From the NCBI RefSeq assembly GCF_006345805.1, contig NC_043001.1:112406001-112470000 (forward strand): a DNA stretch of 64,000 nucleotides, read 5' to 3'. Shown one piece after another: positions 9,946 to 22,100 of this stretch (position 1 is its first letter; every line of letters begins with the position of its first letter). Under the pieces are notes generated by a model. The model ran no database searches, was not told where the DNA came from, and saw nothing but the letters and a program-made list of their open reading frames with translations. Position numbers and translations under genes: made by a program. Origin of the DNA: Octopus sinensis. Lineage: Eukaryota.

Positions 9946-12900
9946 CATCTATATACATAATATATATATATATATATGCATATGTATCTATGTATCTATG
10001 TATATATACATACACATATTATTATATATTTATGAAGGTGTGTATATAGATATGTATACATACACATATTCACACATACATCTGTGTGTATGTATATGTG
10101 CGTGTGTGTGTGTGTGCGCGCACGCGCAAACACACTCATATAAAACAATATGTGGATAACGTATGTTATGCGTATAAACGTGTGTGTGATATGATATTGC
10201 GATACTGACAGACGTTTTGGTCGGCGTGAATACTTCTTGGAAACCTGAAACAAGACATTTATCACTTTTTAAGATGACGCTTGTCAGACATGTCTTCCGT
10301 CTTAGAGATTATTAAGTAGCAAAATATTTTGATGGGAGGTTGAAATGAGTAATTACGAAATGGAATTATGGGTAACGGGATTTAAATACAGGAGGGTCAC
10401 GTGGAGTCATGTGATATAAAATACGAAGGGATTTGCTAAAGAAGCATCTTGTTTCTTTCATTCTCTCCTTTCTCTCTCTCTCTTTCTCTCTCTCTTTCTT
10501 TCTTTGTTTCTTTCTTTCTGTCCTTCGATCCCTAAAAGAAAAGATTCAGCAACAAAAAGGAAATGTTTCGAATTAAAAACTGGAATTGAGCAGTGAATAC
10601 GCACGTTGAGCCCTTACCAAATTTTGTACATATTAAATAGATCCCTTAAGGCTCGCTCGAAATTCCAAAAGTGGCAGATTAACTGTTTTTAAATCATATC
10701 TTAATAGCTAAAAAGAAAATGCATGATATTTGGGATTTATGGATTGTGTAATGACAATTGCTTCTGATAGGAACCTTAGGAGGAGGTGCCTCAAGACTTT
10801 ACCCTCCACCCCACCAATAGCGGACGGACAAAATGATTGGATAGATGGATGGATTGATGGCTGGGTGGATGGATGATATATATTGTCTAATTAATTAAGA
10901 CCTCATTGGGTTTGCTGGAAAGACTCTTTCGATAATAGACAAGAAGCAACAGACTGATTCCCTGCCAAATATGGAATACAAGCTAATGAGAGACATTTTA
11001 CAAGGCTGTTCAAAACTATTTTTAAAATTGCGTCTCAAATCGCACGTTAACGTCACCTCAAAGTGGATAAATCGCTCTGAATAGCAAAGAGACGGAATGG
11101 TTACAGTTGGAAAAACTGTGACCAAAGGCCTTATCGATCAGATGTGACCTGAACAACTTCAATACCAACAACAATAACAGAACTCTGAATCATCAACAAC
11201 AATAACGTTATTCATAGACTGTTTTGACATGGAGCAGAACGTTAGCAACAACAACACGCCAGTAATGTTTTGTAATGGTTATGATCCGTCATAGAAAATG
11301 TGGGATTCAAAAGATAAATGAATTGAGCCGTTACTGTTTCAAGGGAGCCTATCTGTAAGTAAATATATTCCTATTACGAGCCGAACCCATCTTGCAGAGA
11401 TGATTCATTGAAACACTAATCGGATTGCTATAAGCTAATGAGGGGCGATATGAGCCAGATGTCACCTAGGGACCCCTGATTCTCGTTTTCTGCAGCCTCG
11501 TCGATCAGAATAATGCTTCATTCTTCCTCTTTTAGGATCAGTAGTTAATCAACTACACTTGTGTTTTCTCTCGAATTACCGTAAACTTGAAGAATTCAAT
11601 AGAATATAGCGGCTTTCATGAAATATTTTCAAATCTGTCTAGCCTTACTATGATAGTTTTTTTTCACTTTTCTCCTGTGTCCATCTCATTCCTCTCAGCG
11701 CAAGATGATACGAGTTGGTAGTACTGCTATTCATATCTTATATCCAGCCCTATTTTGACAGAGGAGGCTCGTCGGCAAGTGGAGATGTTAGCACTGAAGT
11801 CGAGATGATTTCAACAGCTTCTGCTTCAGCTCCTCCCAGAACTGTGATCAATGGATCTTCACCATTAGGTTCAATACTTGCTGCTGCTATATACGCCGAT
11901 ATCTACTGCCTATTTTCTTTTGCCCTATTCTGCTTCCCAGAAAGTCCTTATGTGGCTTTCACTACACCCTGTAGGGCAACTAGATCTTCTACCATGAACC
12001 ACCAGTCTGATTGACCTCGCTCCCTGCCCGTAATAGGAATGTGCTTGTGTTCTTTAAAGACCGTCAGCAGCTGGATGTCCATACAGATGCCATTCAAAAA
12101 CGTGTAGCTGGTCACTGTCTATTTCTTACTGTATCACAAATGGGATGAGAAGCCAAAGGTCAACGTCACAGACAATACCTTTGGTTGTGACCTTCGTATT
12201 TTCACCGGGTATTGCATTCTCAACTTATGGGAAGGTGTACAACCTATTATCGCTGCCTACCTTTTTGTCTTGTATTTCATCCTTAGAACCAGACATATTT
12301 CCGTTGTCCTGCTCTAGTCAGCTAAGCACACAGCTTGCCATACATAGGCCATGACATTCCGAAACATTTTTCTTGAGGTAGCATCTATGTATTTATGTTG
12401 GCGAACCCAGTTCACTCCATAACAAATTGAAGCTGACAGTTTCAATTTGATGTAAAGTGGAATAGACTCTTTGCTGGGGGAGGGGAGGGGATCATTTTGC
12501 TTAATTTCTCGATGTCTGAAGCAATCAGTTATCTCTGCTCTCTTTCCATCATCCCTTCATCTTCACAACCAAATGGCGTGGCGCTATTTATAGCAGAAGA
12601 GACCCAACTTTCGGATTACTAGCGATCTTTTGGAATGGCGTCCCAAGTGTTCTTTTTTGCAGTTTCTGGGACAATCCTTAGTGGTGCCATCATATGAACA
12701 GCTGCTTCCGTGACCTATTGTTGTCGTTTTTGTTCCTTTTTTCCCCTTTTGTTTTATCTTCTGGTTAAAGCGCCCTTAAATGGCTTTCACTGCCACGTGT
12801 ATAATAACACGACTTTGTACCCTGAATGACAAGTCGTCACTCGTTTCACTCAGCACCACATCTTTGTGATTGTTTAATGCCCTTCTGAAGTTGTATATGC

Positions 12901-13031
12901 ATGCAGTCAAGAAGAAGGAAAAGAAAGAAATGAAATATAATAATAATATAAATAAAGAAAAAGTGATATATAAATTCAAAAGGTTTCTAACAAAAGATTT
13001 TTTTTTATCGTATAGCAGTGTAAGTTGAAAA

Positions 13032-13420
13032 GTGGAGGCACAATGGCCCAGTGGTTAGGGCAGCGGACTCGCGGTCATAGGATCGCGGTTTCGATTCCCA
13101 GACCGTGCGTTGTGAGTGTTTATTGAGCGAAAACACCTAAAGCTCCACGAGGCTCCGGCACGGGATGGTGGTGATCCCTGCTGTACTCTTTCACCACAAC
13201 TTTCTCTCACTCTTACTTCCTGTTTCTGTTGTACTTGTATTTCAAAGGGCCGGCCTTGTCACTCTCTGTGTCACGCTGAATATCCCCGAGAACTACGTTA
13301 AGGGTACACGTGTCTGTGGAGTGCTCAGCCACTTACACGTTAATTTCACGAGCAGGCTGTTCCGTTGATTCGGATCAACCGGAACCCTCGTCGTCGTAAC
13401 CTACGGAGTGCTTCCAATCC
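13032..13420 (+). mobile_element. tRNA-derived SINE family B, full length, 10-bp TSD AAGTTGAAAA
   Basis: Head GTGGAGGCACAATGGCCCAGTGGTTAGGG...GGTTTCGATTCCC. TSD at 13022-13031 and 13421-13430. Near-identical copies at 21106 and 54147. Confidence 0.95.
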
Positions 13421-13532
13421 AAGTTGAAAATATTATTTTTCAAATAGTTTAAATTTATTCAAAAATCATATACATGAATATCAATATTTAAGAAATGTCA
13501 GAAAAGATGAGTACTAAAAATAATAATGGTGG

Positions 13533-14722
13533 AGGTTTCAAACTGTGGAACAAAGCCAACAATTTTAGGGGCAGAGTAAATCGATTACATCGCTACCATT
13601 ACTCAACTGGTACTTATTTTATCGACCCCAAAATGATGAAAGTCAAAGTCGACCTCGGTGGAATTTGAACTCAGAACGTAAGGACGAACGAAATGCTGTA
13701 AAGCATTTTGTTCAGAGTGCTAAGGACTCGGTCAGCTCACCTCATTAACGATAATGATAATTGAAAATAACTATTTCTAAAATAGTCATGAAATTATACA
13801 TGAGGTATGCTGACAAGAAGAAAAGAAAACAGAAATATAAAGGAAATATAGTAAAGACACATGGCCTAGTGGTTGAGCTGTTACACTCCCGATCGCTAGG
13901 TCGTGTGTTCGATTCCTTGATTGGCAGTGTAAAATTTGTATGGAGCTTTAACATAGAGAGTAATAACGGTTTCAAATTTTGGCACAGGGCCAAAAGTAGA
14001 AAGCCCATTATACCAATACTAGTACTTGATTGGTACTTATTTTATCGACTTGGAAATGATGAAAGGCAAAAATCAACCTTGGCTGAGTTTGAACGTAGAA
14101 GCGGATGAAATGCTGTTAATTATTTTGTCCCGCTTGCTGACGGTTCTGCCAGCTCGCTGCCTTCACATCTGAAGTAATAATCCTGTTTATTATAGACATA
14201 AGGCTATAATAGGGGGCGGTGTTAGTCGATCGCAACGACCCCCAGGACTAACATGGAACTTATTTTATCGATCCCGAAACGATGAAAGGCAAAGTCGACC
14301 ACGGTGGGGAAAGAAAGATGGCTGATGGTCACGTAAGAGCCTCGATAGAGCAAAGGAGGAAGAGTGAGAGAGAGAGAGAGAGAGTGTGACAGACAGAGAA
14401 CATCGAAGGGGAGAGAAATGTAAAGGTGAACGAGATGCCGCTGAGCATTTTATCCGTCGAATTAACGATTTTGCTGACTCGCCACCTTACATATAGTGTA
14501 ATAATCTTTTCTACTATAGGTACAGGGCTTGGAATTTGTGGAGAGGGAGATAAGTCGATTACATCTACTCCAGTACTTAAGTGGTACTTAAATTATCGAC
14601 CCTGAAAGGATGAAAAGCAAACTCGACCTCGGCGGAATTTGAACTCTGAACGTAGTGGCGGGCGAAATACCACTAAGCATTTCGTTCAGCATGCTAACGA
14701 TTCTGCCAGCTCACCGCCTTAG
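13533..14722 (-). mobile_element. Cluster of degenerate SINE family C copies (about 13533-13745, 13965-14165, 14195-14310, 14505-14722)
   Basis: Repeated reverse complement of GAGTTCAAATTCCGCCGAGGTCGACTTTGCCTTTCATCCTTTCGGGGTCGATAAA..AAGTACCAG. Confidence 0.8.
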
Positions 14723-15099
14723 ATATAGTGTAATATTAACATATGCTAAGCCGTTGTCACATAATACACTTGACATCATTACCTATGACAAAAAATATAA
14801 CAGGATTGTTTTAATTTTCTACATTATAAAACCAGATGAATTAATATGTTGTGTAGAAGTGAGATGAATACCTAAAAAATTATATCAGCTTAAAGGTTGA
14901 ACTAAAAGCATTACGGTAGTTATGGGATATGTATATCATTCTTGTTCTGGCTGACACAATGGGTGTTAGACGACTGGAGTGATGTTCCAAAACGATAGGG
15001 AAGAAGTTCCATAAAAGATATAAAAGAGCAGAGGCTACTTTCAGTAATTCAGTGAAAGTACGCAATGAAAATAAGACTAATAGCACTATTTATAATTAC

Positions 15100-15620
15100 A
15101 TTGGAGACACTCAATCAGGTTTTGTTTATAGATAGCAGCAAGCAGTGCGCTGCGCATGACTAAAAATGTAGAAACACTCCAACGTGCAGTTTACGGATTT
15201 CGTAAAAGAATTGATATTAGATTAGGATTAGATAAATTCACCAAAGCAGTTGGAAAGGGAGAAGCTAATGACATGTTCGATAAAGAAATAGTGACATGAG
15301 AATTACTCCAAACACATGCATAAAATACTTCGGAATTAATGTAGAAAACGGTTTATAATACACAGAAATAAAAAAAGTAGATTAGAAAGAAGTGTTATAG
15401 ACGCCATATATTAATACATAAAACTGAGTTAAATGAAGAAAAAATCTTTCAGTAATCTTATAAAAATAAATCATAGTTATAATATCAGCTGGATATCTAA
15501 TGAAATATCAAGAACAATACAAAAACATGAAAAGAAATAATTGCTTTTTTGGATATAGCAAAAAACATTTCTTAACACTGATATAGAAATCTAATTACAA
15601 TGTTAGAAAACTATTTTTAA
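15100..15620 (+). pseudogene. Highly decayed R4/Dong-like reverse transcriptase (domains 5-7/thumb) fragment
   Basis: Peptide pieces GFRKRIDIRLGLDKFTKAVGKG, IKYFGINVENG and HKTELNE resemble R4-clade FxxDIxMxFGLDKC, YKYLGI and LKTELN. Many stops. Confidence 0.45.
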
Positions 15621-15829
15621 AATATCTGGCAACAAAGAGAAAATAATGATAAACTGCTTGAAGTGACTACGGAGCATAAAGAAAAGAATAAGCTGTCTTC
15701 CCATCTTGAAGAAAGTCAACTTAAATTATATTCATTGAAATTACATTCAGAATATAATGCTACTAGGTACAAAACACGTACACATCGTTCAATACTTTCA
15801 AGAAAATACAAAGGCAACCGAAGAGGGAG

Positions 15830-16433
15830 TTAGTGGATTGCATTCATCACAGTGTCCAACTTGTAAGTAATAAATTTATCAAACCTGAAATGATGAAACG
15901 CAAAGTCAATTTGGAAAGGATTTGAATTCAGAAGTTAAAAGAGCCGGAAGAAATGACAGAAAGCGTCGTCGGACGATATTGAAAGCAGTGTAAGGCGGAG
16001 AGCTGGCAGACACGTTAGCACGCCGGGCGAAATGCTTAGCGGTATTTCGTCTGCCGCTACGTTCTGAGTTTAAATTCCGCCGAGGTCGACTTTGCCTTTC
16101 ATCATTTCGGGGCCGATAAATTAAGTACCAGTTACGCACTGGGGTCGATGTAATCGACTTAATCCGTTTGTCTGTCCTTGTTTGTCCTCTCTGTGTTTAG
16201 CCCCTTGTGGGTAGTAAAGAAATAGGTATTTCGTCTGTCTTCACGTTCTGAGTTCAAATTCCGCCGAGGTCGACTTTGCCTTTCATCATTTCAGTACTCA
16301 ATTTATCGACCCTGAAAGAATGAAAGGCAAAGATGACCTCGGTGGAATTTGAACTAAGAATTCTCACACAAACGAAATACCGCTAAATATTTCGGCCGAC
16401 GCACTAACGATTCTCCCAGCTCGCCAGCTCGCC
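15830..16433. mobile_element. SINE family C cluster: minus copy (15830-15990), plus dimer (15993-16293), minus copy (16294-16433)
   Basis: Head AGGCGGAGAGCTGGCAGACACGTTAGCAC...GAGTTTAAATTCC. Dimer junction TAAAGAAATA|GGTATTTCG at 16224/16225, then an opposite-strand copy. Confidence 0.85.
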
Positions 16434-16769
16434 ATCTTGCTAACAATACTGCCAGGTCAAGTGAGAGGCATGATTGCAACAACAGTGGGGATTACCGTAA
16501 CACAACAGTTACAAAAACCACAATAGTTATAGTGAGATTTAATCGTAATCCTTCTCATCATCATCATTATCATTAGTAGCAGCAGCAGCAGCAGCAGCAG
16601 CATCTCCTGTAGCAACAGTAGCAGTAGCAGCAGAAGCAACAGAGTCACTATTAACACGACCAACAGCATCAACAGTGACCACGAATCGCTTTCCCGATTT
16701 GCCAGAAATATTAGCCAAATCACTCTGAAACAATGTGTGTGCATGTATGTACGTATGTTTGGGTGCGTG

Positions 16770-16809
16770 AGTGTGTGTGTATGTATGTGTATGTATATAT
16801 GTATATATA

Positions 16810-16881
<72 letters not shown>

Positions 16882-16908
16882 CATACATATACATATATAT
16901 ATGTATAT

Positions 16909-16940
<32 letters not shown>

Positions 16941-17095
16941 TTTTTTCTCCTCTTTCTTTCCTTTTACGATCCCTTTTGATCGGAAACCAAACCCCCTTCT
17001 TTTGCCCCCAAAAGAAAAGCTCTACCTTGTAATTTTGTCCTGTCTGTGTGCAGCCCTGTGTGGCTAATAAAGAAACATATATATCTAGCTATCTT

Positions 17096-17192
<97 letters not shown>
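16770..17192. repeat. (TA)n and (CTAT)n microsatellites
   Basis: Direct reading. Confidence 0.9.
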
Positions 17193-17193
<1 letters not shown>

Positions 17194-17400
17194 CGTGTGT
17201 AACCACATGTGGATCGTTGGCAATTTTTTCCTTTTCTCTTAGACTTTACTCCGTCTCCTGTTTTTAACGAAGAGCTTTGCTCCAAACGTAAAACTACCTT
17301 TCTTTCCTTCCCTGAGCGTCTGCTAATACTTTGCGTGTACCACTTCCTCACGTTGTTTTTTCTTGTGTTTGTTTTTCGTTTTTCTTTTGGGATTTACTAT
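17193..17400 (+). mobile_element. Microsatellite-embedded short element with a decayed minimal hammerhead (family of 60925-61130)
   Basis: Colinear with 60925-61130. The core reads GTTT TTAACGA A GAGC TTT GCTC CAAA CGTA AAAC (CUGA and GAAA boxes mutated). Confidence 0.65.
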
Positions 17401-18343
17401 ATATATATATATATATATCTTTCTTCTTCTCTCTTCTTTTTTCTAATTCTTTTTATCTCCCCTTCTTCCCCTCTCATTTTTTCTCTCTTATCCTTTCTCT
17501 ATTTTTTCTCTCCCCTTCGATGTTCTCTGTCTGTCACGCACACACACTCTCTCTCTCTCTCTCTCTCACTCTTCCTCCTTTGCTCTATCGAGACTCTTAC
17601 GTGACCATCAGCCATCTTTCCTTTCCCTAACTTGTGTTTCTTTCCTTCCCCTTATTGCAGCTGGGCGAATCAGACGTATTCTTGCATGTCTTCTGTCCAA
17701 GCTTGCTTCTTCTCGTTCGCTACCTCACTTCGTTTAGGCTTAGCAGCTCTTCCCGTTTGTTTTCACTGTCCTGTTTTTGTTACCACATTTGACCCTCCAC
17801 AAAATCCCAAATTTTATTTAATTTGCTTTTCGTGAGCAACTGTTTTATCGAAGGCGTATCTTGTGAAATGCTCGAAATACGAATTAGGAAAACAGCCACG
17901 AACTGATGAAGGGTCGTTCTTTATGTTGCGTGTCTTGTTTTCCATTTGTTTCCTTTCTTTGGATGCAAAAAAAGTTCATATTCCATGTTTCGTATTTTGT
18001 ATTCCATATTTTCGTATTTTTTGTTGTTTATGTTCTGTGACGTCCTGTGCCCACATATGCATATGTATATACGTATGTAAGTATGTATATATACGTGTGT
18101 ATATATGCATATATATATATATATATATAATTATGTGAAATAGAAAGATGAATAATCTTGTAGTAGATTAATCAAAAGTTTAACCGATACCTTAGTAGCA
18201 AAAATCACAGCAGTGAACAGCACGGTTGGAGGCACAACCATCTGGCGTTGCAACCGTGCGTTGGTGCGGATAATTGAAATTAAAACATTATTGGTGAATT
18301 GAAGAAATGGAGCTGAACGCAGATTGAACAGAAATCGTTTTAT

Positions 18344-18430
18344 TTCATTCTACACGTGTTTCGAAAGGCACAAATTACCAAAATCCGATTGAATAATGGG
18401 ACCATATTGTGTCTTTCTCTTCAGGAAGAA
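18344..18430 (-). ncRNA. Type I hammerhead ribozyme (palindromic helix III), Penelope pseudo-LTR type
   Basis: Reverse complement: TTC-CTGAAGA-GAAAGACAC[long loop]GTGCCTTTC-GAAA-CACGTG-TA-GAA. All core boxes present, stem II 8 of 9 paired, helix III ACACGTGT palindrome, GUA cleavage triplet. Confidence 0.8.
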
Positions 18431-18549
18431 AAAAGGAAATCCGTTGGAAAAACAAAAACAGAACAGAGGCAGAGCAAAAAACAAATCGAACTGTGCTCCT
18501 AAGAGCCCATGGCGAAACTGGCGAACATATATATATATATTATGTATAT

Positions 18550-18583
<34 letters not shown>

Positions 18584-18619
18584 CATATATATATACACAT
18601 ATATGTATATATATGCTTT

Positions 18620-18807
18620 TATTTTTTGCTTCAGTCGTTTGACTGCGGCCATGCTGGAGCACCACTTCTTTGTAAGCCTAGTACTTATCCTAATGGCCTC
18701 TTTTGCTGAACCTATAAGTTACGGGGACGCAAACACATCAATATCGGTTGTCAAGCGATGGGGGAAGGAGACGAACACAGATGCAAAGACAGACACACAC
18801 ACACACA

Positions 18808-18846
<39 letters not shown>

Positions 18847-18930
18847 GGCAGGTTTCTTTCACTTTCAATGTACCAAATCCACTCACAAGGCTTTGGTCGG
18901 CCCGAGGCTATAGTAGAAGACAGTCGTCCA
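18620..18930 (-). mobile_element. SINE family A, head-truncated
   Basis: Tail and central domain match family A. Confidence 0.8.
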
Positions 18931-19419
18931 AGATTGAACCCGTGGTGATGGTAGTGGTGGTGGTGGCGATGATGATAACGACGACGATAATAAGGTGGAT
19001 GAGGAGGGTTATGATCATGACAACGAAAGAAGTTGTGGTGGTGGCGATGATGATGACAATGATGAGGATGAATATGATGATGTGATGATGATAGCTATGA
19101 TGGTTGTAGCTGCCGAAATATGATGATACACTTCAGTATAGTTTGAATCCGGTTTCGTCCGATTTAGAGGTAATATTTCTCCAATTTTTTCTTTTTGTTT
19201 TTCTTTTTTTTGAGGTCGGAGTTGGGGGCGAAGGTAAATATGAGGGAAGAAGGTCGAGAATAGCAGTGAAGGGTTCAAATACAAGCCTTGGATTCACTGG
19301 TTTTCGTTTAGATAGGGTTTCACCTACACAGACGTCCTGTCGGCGTCACATAAACGATGCACGCAGGCACGCATGAGTCATCCGAGGGCCATGCCGTTGC
19401 CGTAATACTGCCGGTGATA

Positions 19420-19905
19420 TTGGAGGTGGTGGTGGTGGTGGTGGTGGTGGTGGTGGTGATGGTGATGGTGATGGTGATGGTGATGGTGATGGTTGTAGCG
19501 GGGTGCAGGTTGCAGTTATGGTGCAGATGGTATTTGTGGTGCAGGTGATTGTGATGGATTGGGTTGTAGTAGTGATGATCCTGGTGGTTGTGACGGTGGT
19601 GGTGGTGATGGTGTTGGTGGTGTTGACGGTGGTGGTGGTCATGGTGGTGTGAGTGGTAGTAGTGATGGGGTGATAGTGGTGATACTAGTGGTAGTGATGG
19701 CAGAGGTGGTGGTTTTAGTGGTTGTGGATGTGATGGAGATGGTAGTGATAGTGGTGGTGGTGGTGGTGTGGTGGTGGTGGTGGTGGTGGTTGTAGTGATC
19801 AAGGTGGAAGCATTTTTAGTTGTGGTAATATTAGTACTCGTGCAATTTGTGGTAATGACTCTGATATTGCAAGTGTGAGCTGTGTGGTGTTAGTGGTGAT
19901 GATGA

Positions 19906-19973
<68 letters not shown>

Positions 19974-20020
19974 TAGTAGTAGTAGTAGTAGTAGTAGTAG
20001 TGATAGTAGTAGTAGTAGTG

Positions 20021-20054
<34 letters not shown>

Positions 20055-20058
20055 CAGC

Positions 20059-20129
<71 letters not shown>

Positions 20130-20220
20130 TAGTAGTAGCTGGCTGGTTGGATGGTTGGTTGGTTAGTGGTGGTGGTTGATGGTGGTAGTGGTTGGTGGTG
20201 AAAGTGGTTGGTGGCGGTGG
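19420..20220. repeat. (GGT/GAT)n and (TAG)n trinucleotide block
   Basis: Direct reading. Confidence 0.9.
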
Positions 20221-21105
20221 TATTCACATCCGTTGGAATACATTTGGATCAACAGTTTGCAACCCAACACAAGCCACGAGCGTCAGCAAACGGAAGTACC
20301 GCTATCACATACACCCTTTCCTACGCCTCCAACTTCTCCTTCCACTCCTACTCCCAACCTTAATCTTGACTTCTCCCTCCTCCACATTCACCATTGCCAC
20401 TCTTCCCTCCTTGTCATTCTCATCATCTCTCAACCGTTCTCCTCTTCCCACTCCTTTCTACTTTCACTTTCCCCCCGCAATCTTCATTACTTCTATCCTT
20501 TACTATCCTCTCGCCACTCCTAAATCCACAATCTTTCCCCCCGCCCCTCGTTCACCACTAATCCAACTCTCGTGTATTCTATGAGCAATCAAATCTGTCG
20601 TTTGCGTGGTTATTGACTCGGCTAGAAATAGCAACCAAATTCTCTAATCTTTAAAAAGAACATGTTGCGAATGTTTTTTCCTGGATTTTCTACAGATAAG
20701 AATAAGACGAAACGGTCACAGCTGGAATATTTTCGGTCGTGAGTCTGAGACTACCAAGATTAATATGGAATTAAATAAGACCAAAGACAGCAACAACAGC
20801 ATCAACAACATATCTACCCTAAGCTCTTGCAATCTATCATGTCTTTTCCCTCTCTGTTTCCCTTTTATTACTTACCCAATTTCGTCTACCCACATGCACA
20901 CCCACCCTTATCAGCATCTCTTCGCCCCGACTTATATAATTCCAACGCTCCTCATTCTTTACTGCTCCTCTATTACCGCTATATAAATTACCGAACCAAA
21001 CTCTTGCAGCTGGCCGCCACTATTAACACTATCAGCACAAACGCAGCCGCTGCTGCCTTAGACACGACAACTGTCACCCCCTCCACCACTACCATCGTTA
21101 TTATC

Positions 21106-21513
21106 AGTGGAGGCGCATCAGTGGAGGCGCAATGGCCCAGTGGTTAGGGCAGCGGACTCGCGGTCGTAGGATCGCGGCTTCGATTCCCAGACCGGGCGTT
21201 GTGAGTGTTTATTGAGCGAAAACACCTAAAAAGCTCCACGGGGCTCCGGCAGGGGATGGTGGTGATCCCTGCTGTACTCTTTCACCACAACTTTCTCTCA
21301 CTCTTACTTCCTGTTTCTGTTGTACCTGTATTTCAAAGGGTCGGCCTTGTCACTCTCTCTGTCACGCTGAATATTCCCGAGAACTACGTTAAGGGTACAC
21401 GTGTCTGTGGAGTGCTCAGCCACTTACACGTTAATTTCACGAGCAGGCTGTTCCGTTGATCGTATCAACCGGAACCCTCGTCGTCGTAACCGACAGAGTG
21501 CTTCCATCCATCC
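21106..21513 (+). mobile_element. SINE family B with duplicated 5' 14-mer, TSD TTATTATC
   Basis: AGTGGAGGCGCATC AGTGGAGGCGCAATGG at the 5' end; (TCCA)n 3' end; TTATTATC on both flanks. Confidence 0.9.
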
Positions 21514-21623
21514 ATTATTATCTCACACACACACACTCACACACGCACGCATATACACACGCACGCATATACACACGCACGCACACATGCACACACACAC
21601 ACACAGATACACATATATATATT

Positions 21624-21785
21624 TACGACGGGCTTCTTTTACTTTCCGATTAAAAAATACACTGAGAAGCCTTTGGTCGGACCGAGGTTAAACTAGAAGA
21701 CACTTGCTCAAGATGGCACGCAGTGGGACTGAACTCGGAACCATGTGACTGGAAAGCAAACTTCTTACCACGCACCCACGCCTGC
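21624..21785 (-). mobile_element. SINE family A head and central domain (diverged)
   Basis: Matches the family A 5' half. Confidence 0.7.
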
Positions 21786-21867
21786 ATTTCTACCCTCAAT
21801 TCATATATTTCTACACACACACACACGCGCGTATGTATGTATATGTGTATATGTGTGTGTATATATA

Positions 21868-22100
21868 TTTCTTTACTACACACAAGGAGCTAAACACAGA
21901 GGGGACAAACAAGGACAGACAAAGGGGTTAAGTCGATTACATCGACCCCAGTGCGTAACTGGTACTTAATTTATCGACCCCGAAAGGATGAAAGGCAAAG
22001 TCGACCTCGGCGGAATTTGAACTCAGAACGTAGCGGCCAACGAAATACGGTTATGCATTTCGCCCCGTGCACTAATGATTCTGCCAGCTCGCCGCCTTTT
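21868..22100 (-). mobile_element. SINE family C monomer
   Basis: Reverse complement AGGCGGCGAGCTGGCAGAATC...GAGTTCAAATTCC...GTAGTAAAGAAA. Confidence 0.9.

Noticed and set aside
13032-13110. tRNA-like sequences with A and B boxes (also 21120, 33968, 48150, 54147)
   Set aside because: They lack a proper acceptor stem and continue into SINE bodies with TSDs; SINE heads, not tRNA genes.
17660-17790. Strong plus acceptor at 17660 and minus peptide KQTGRAAKPKRSEVANEKKQAWTEDMQEYV*
   Set aside because: No matching donor or acceptor pair and no recognisable homology.
17835-17925. GAGCA...TGCTCGAAATACGAATTAGGAAAA plus a downstream CTGATGAAG as a hammerhead
   Set aside because: The CUGANGA box before stem II is missing and helix III is mismatched; at most a fossil, not supportable.
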